Positions 4,864 through 6,331 of a stretch of 6,331 bases of DNA are shown piece by piece. Positions within the stretch are counted from its first letter, which is position 1. Each line of letters starts with the position of its first letter. The notes under the pieces were generated by a model. The model searched no databases and was not told the DNA's origin. It saw nothing but the letters and a program-made list of their open reading frames with translations. Origin of the DNA: a virus; the IMG/VR virus record IMGVR_UViG_3300008807_000711, positions 1 to 6,331 of that record; one strand, written 5' to 3'. The translations under genes and the position numbers were made by a program.

Positions 4864-5165
4864 GCAAAATGCAAATTGTGGGTTTCGAGGGTTCTTCTGG
4901 CGTTGGCAAGACCAGCGGCAAGGCTTACGCAATGGGCCAGATTCACACTCTGGCAACACTGGCCGAACCGTTCAGCGAGAACGGCATTTCCAAGGGCCAG
5001 ATGGGCACCACCTACCGCTGCCCTCTCCCTTTGGTCGAGAAGATCAAGCATCTCCAGCCGCCCTTTGCTGCTGACGTCGATGTTCGGCCCGTCATGCGTT
5101 TTGGCAAGCGCGAGGACGAAGTTTTCGACATCCTGCCTGTCACTACGGCCAAAGCTGCTGCGTGA
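4860..5165 (+). CDS. Putative ssDNA-binding protein (gene V analogue), 101 aa
   Basis: Position directly after Rep, with an ATGA overlap (ATG 4860-4862 / TGA 4861-4863). AAGGG lies 9 nt upstream. Small, soluble and Gly/Lys-containing: MSKMQIVGFEGSSGVGKTSGKAYAMGQIH.... The assignment rests on synteny and size only. Confidence 0.65.
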   Translation: MSKMQIVGFEGSSGVGKTSGKAYAMGQIHTLATLAEPFSENGISKGQMGTTYRCPLPLVEKIKHLQPPFAADVDVRPVMRFGKREDEVFDILPVTTAKAAA

Positions 5166-5371
5166 TGGAATTCGACCTCGCATTTTTCGCCCAGCGCGTC
5201 GCCATGATCGCGTGCCTTTCCGGCTTCGTCGGCGGTCTGCTGTTCGTGCTGGTGTATGGCGCAGTAGTCGCCCTCGCTGATCGTCTGCGCTCTCGCGCCA
5301 GCACAGCCGAGCGCATCGCCCAGGCACGCATTCGGGCGCAATCCATCATGCGGGCCATGCCACGTGGCTGA
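5165..5371 (+). CDS. Small membrane protein (68 aa; possible pVII/pIX-type minor virion or assembly protein)
   Basis: One TM helix, VAMIACLSGFVGGLLFVLVYGAVVAL, followed by an Arg-rich tail. Its start overlaps the SSB stop (TGATG; GTG 5162 is an alternative). It sits between SSB and the major coat gene. Confidence 0.55.
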   Translation: MEFDLAFFAQRVAMIACLSGFVGGLLFVLVYGAVVALADRLRSRASTAERIAQARIRAQSIMRAMPRG

Positions 5372-5576
5372 CCCAACAGTCATCGAATGCCCCAGCACCT
5401 GCGCGGTGACTGTGGTGCACGAATTAAGCCTTCCGCCTCTGCAGCTCACTGCGGAAGAGGGAGCAGCCATCGCGGGCGCCGTCCTCGCGATCTGGGCCGT
5501 TGGCTATGCCTTCCGCATGGCTATACGCGCCTTGAACATCGACGGCAATTCATCAACCACCAATGAGGAAAACTGA
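5364..5576 (+). CDS. Small membrane protein (70 aa from GTG 5364; start uncertain)
   Basis: TM helix AAIAGAVLAIWAVGYAFRMAI. Overlaps the previous ORF by 8 nt and ends 1 nt before the coat-gene ATG. No clear Shine-Dalgarno for the GTG. Confidence 0.5.
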   Translation: MADPTVIECPSTCAVTVVHELSLPPLQLTAEEGAAIAGAVLAIWAVGYAFRMAIRALNIDGNSSTTNEEN

Positions 5577-5577
5577 C

Positions 5578-5835
5578 ATGAACGTGATCGAAAAAACCCG
5601 CGCTGTTGCATCGCAAACCATGGATTGGGCTAAGTCCAAGACTGCCACTGTTGTCGCTATCGGTACCGCTGGCGCCGCTGCATTTCAGCCTGCTCATGCC
5701 GCCGCAATCGACGTTGCCGCCGTGACCACCGATATCGCCGCCCAGGCTGCCCCTGTCGCCGCTATCGGCGCAGCAGTGCTCCTGCTGTACGTGGGCATCA
5801 AGGCATTTAAGTGGGTGCGCAAGGCTCTGTCCTAA
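5578..5835 (+). CDS. Major coat protein precursor (pVIII-like), 85 aa, predicted 44-aa mature peptide
   Basis: GAGGAA Shine-Dalgarno 7 nt upstream of ATG 5578. The leader ends ...AAAFQPAHA / AAIDV. The mature peptide AAIDVAAVTTDIAAQAAPVAAIGAAVLLLYVGIKAFKWVRKALS has an acidic N-terminus, a hydrophobic core and a basic C-terminus (K, K, R, K), the signature of inovirus major coat proteins. Confidence 0.85.
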   Translation: MNVIEKTRAVASQTMDWAKSKTATVVAIGTAGAAAFQPAHAAAIDVAAVTTDIAAQAAPVAAIGAAVLLLYVGIKAFKWVRKALS

Positions 5836-5917
5836 GCCCTCACTGCATGTGCTCCCTGACCGGCCGGCAGGGGCCTTGCAAAAGCTCACGCGGTGGGCTT
5901 CTTCAAGGTGCAAATAA

Positions 5918-5977
5918 ATGGGCCTCTTCGTCATCCTCGCAATCCTCGGTGCAGCATGGTTCATCTTTACCGCCTGA
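5918..5977 (+). CDS. Candidate 19-aa hydrophobic mini-ORF (MGLFVILAILGAAWFIFTA)
   Basis: AAGGTG Shine-Dalgarno at 5905-5910, 7 nt upstream of ATG 5918. The peptide is entirely hydrophobic. Its 3-prime end overlaps the adsorption-protein start (5956) by 22 nt. Too short for the ORF track. Confidence 0.3.
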   Translation: MGLFVILAILGAAWFIFTA

Positions 5978-6331
5978 TTTGCGCCCTTGTGCTTGCTTCC
6001 GTCGCTTCCTTGGCGTTTGCCGATGGCGGGCCATTTCCTGCCACTCCGGGCGCCTGGGATTCGTCCGTCTGCAATCCTGGCAACTACCCTGGCACCTCTG
6101 GCGGTGAGGGCGTAACTAAAGCCTGGGTCTGTAAGGCCAGCACGAATGGCAGTTCACGAAGCTGTGGCTGGTCGTATTCGTCTGCAGACTACGGCCCTGA
6201 TTACTACTTCGCGGGCCAGTGCTCGCAGTTCAAGAGCGCGGACTCGTGCCCAGCTGGTGCTACTGCTGGCACTGCCAGTGACGGCTCCAGTACTTGTACC
6301 TGTTCTGCTGGCCTTCGCCCGTATAACGGGC
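5956..6331 (+). CDS. N-terminal part of the pIII-like adsorption/minor coat protein (runs off the window end and continues at position 3 after circularisation)
   Basis: ATG at 5956 gives MVHLYRLICALVLASVASLAFA/DGG, a classic Sec signal peptide (basic n-region, hydrophobic core, AFA cleavage motif). The frame stays open to the window end. 6235 (=3+6232) is in phase with 5956, so it joins the 3..1169 frame. The joined ORF is 1446 nt, 481 aa. It is absent from the supplied ORF track because it has no in-window stop. Confidence 0.8.
   Translation, partial: MVHLYRLICALVLASVASLAFADGGPFPATPGAWDSSVCNPGNYPGTSGGEGVTKAWVCKASTNGSSRSCGWSYSSADYGPDYYFAGQCSQFKSADSCPAGATAGTASDGSSTCTCSAGLRPYNG
6233..6331. repeat. 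Terminal direct repeat, right copy (identical to 1-99)
   Basis: Same as the left copy. Offset 6232 nt. Confidence 0.97.

Larger units (their letters stand above)
1..6232 (+). mobile_element. One complete unit of a circular filamentous-phage (inovirus-like) genome, unit length 6232 bp
   Basis: Exact 99-nt direct terminal redundancy. An ORF becomes complete only when the ends are joined. Canonical inovirus module order: Rep, SSB, small TM proteins, major coat, adsorption protein, pVI-like, Zot/pI. Very compact, with overlapping start/stop codons. Confidence 0.85.

Noticed and set aside
5563-5577. Upstream start (ATG 5563, MRKTD...) for the major coat protein
   Set aside because: Its ATG overlaps the GAGGAA Shine-Dalgarno that serves ATG 5578, and it lies within the end of the previous ORF. 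5578 has ideal SD spacing.
5854-5872. GC hairpin CCCTG-a-CC-ggcc-GG-CAGGG downstream of the coat gene as an intrinsic terminator
   Set aside because: The stem is short and bulged and no T-tract follows it (gccttgcaaaagctc), so it does not meet intrinsic-terminator criteria. It may still be a weak attenuator or an ssDNA structure, as noted under the 5836-5977 finding.
4833-5964. Long minus-strand ORFs 4833..5327, 5012..5470, 5143..5376, 5521..5964, and plus-strand 4876..5280 and 5811..6107
   Set aside because: These are antisense or out of frame relative to the SSB, small TM, coat and adsorption genes, with Arg/Ser/Ala-rich translations and no start context. 5811..6107 overlaps the signal-peptide-bearing frame that continues across the junction.
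1-6331. tRNA, rRNA, CRISPR arrays, IS elements
   Set aside because: I saw no cloverleaf-like segments, no regularly spaced direct repeats with unique spacers, no terminal inverted repeats, and no transposase-sized ORFs. Essentially all the sequence is accounted for by the phage genes.

Overview
The window appears to be one complete, circularly closed filamentous-phage (Inoviridae-like) genome of about 6.2 kb, roughly 60% GC by eye. Bases 1-99 are identical to 6233-6331 in direct orientation, so the unit length is 6232 bp and the linear window is a circle opened inside a gene. The plus-strand gene order is: small ORF, Rep_trans/RstA-like replication initiator, putative ssDNA-binding protein, two small membrane proteins, major coat protein (pVIII-like), possible 19-aa mini-ORF, a large Cys/Pro-rich secreted adsorption protein (pIII-like) that spans the junction, a pVI-like (DUF2523-type) membrane protein, possible 43-aa micro-ORF, and a Zot/pI assembly ATPase. 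A two-gene minus-strand module holds an HTH (Cro/CI-type) repressor and a small membrane protein. It is separated from the Rep operon by a short intergenic region with four TACC-N5-GGTA palindromic sites. I found no pIV-type secretin, integrase, transposase, tRNA, rRNA or CRISPR. Most genes are joined by ATGA/TGATG overlaps. Family assignments come from motifs read by eye and from synteny. No database search was possible, so they need HMM/BLAST confirmation.
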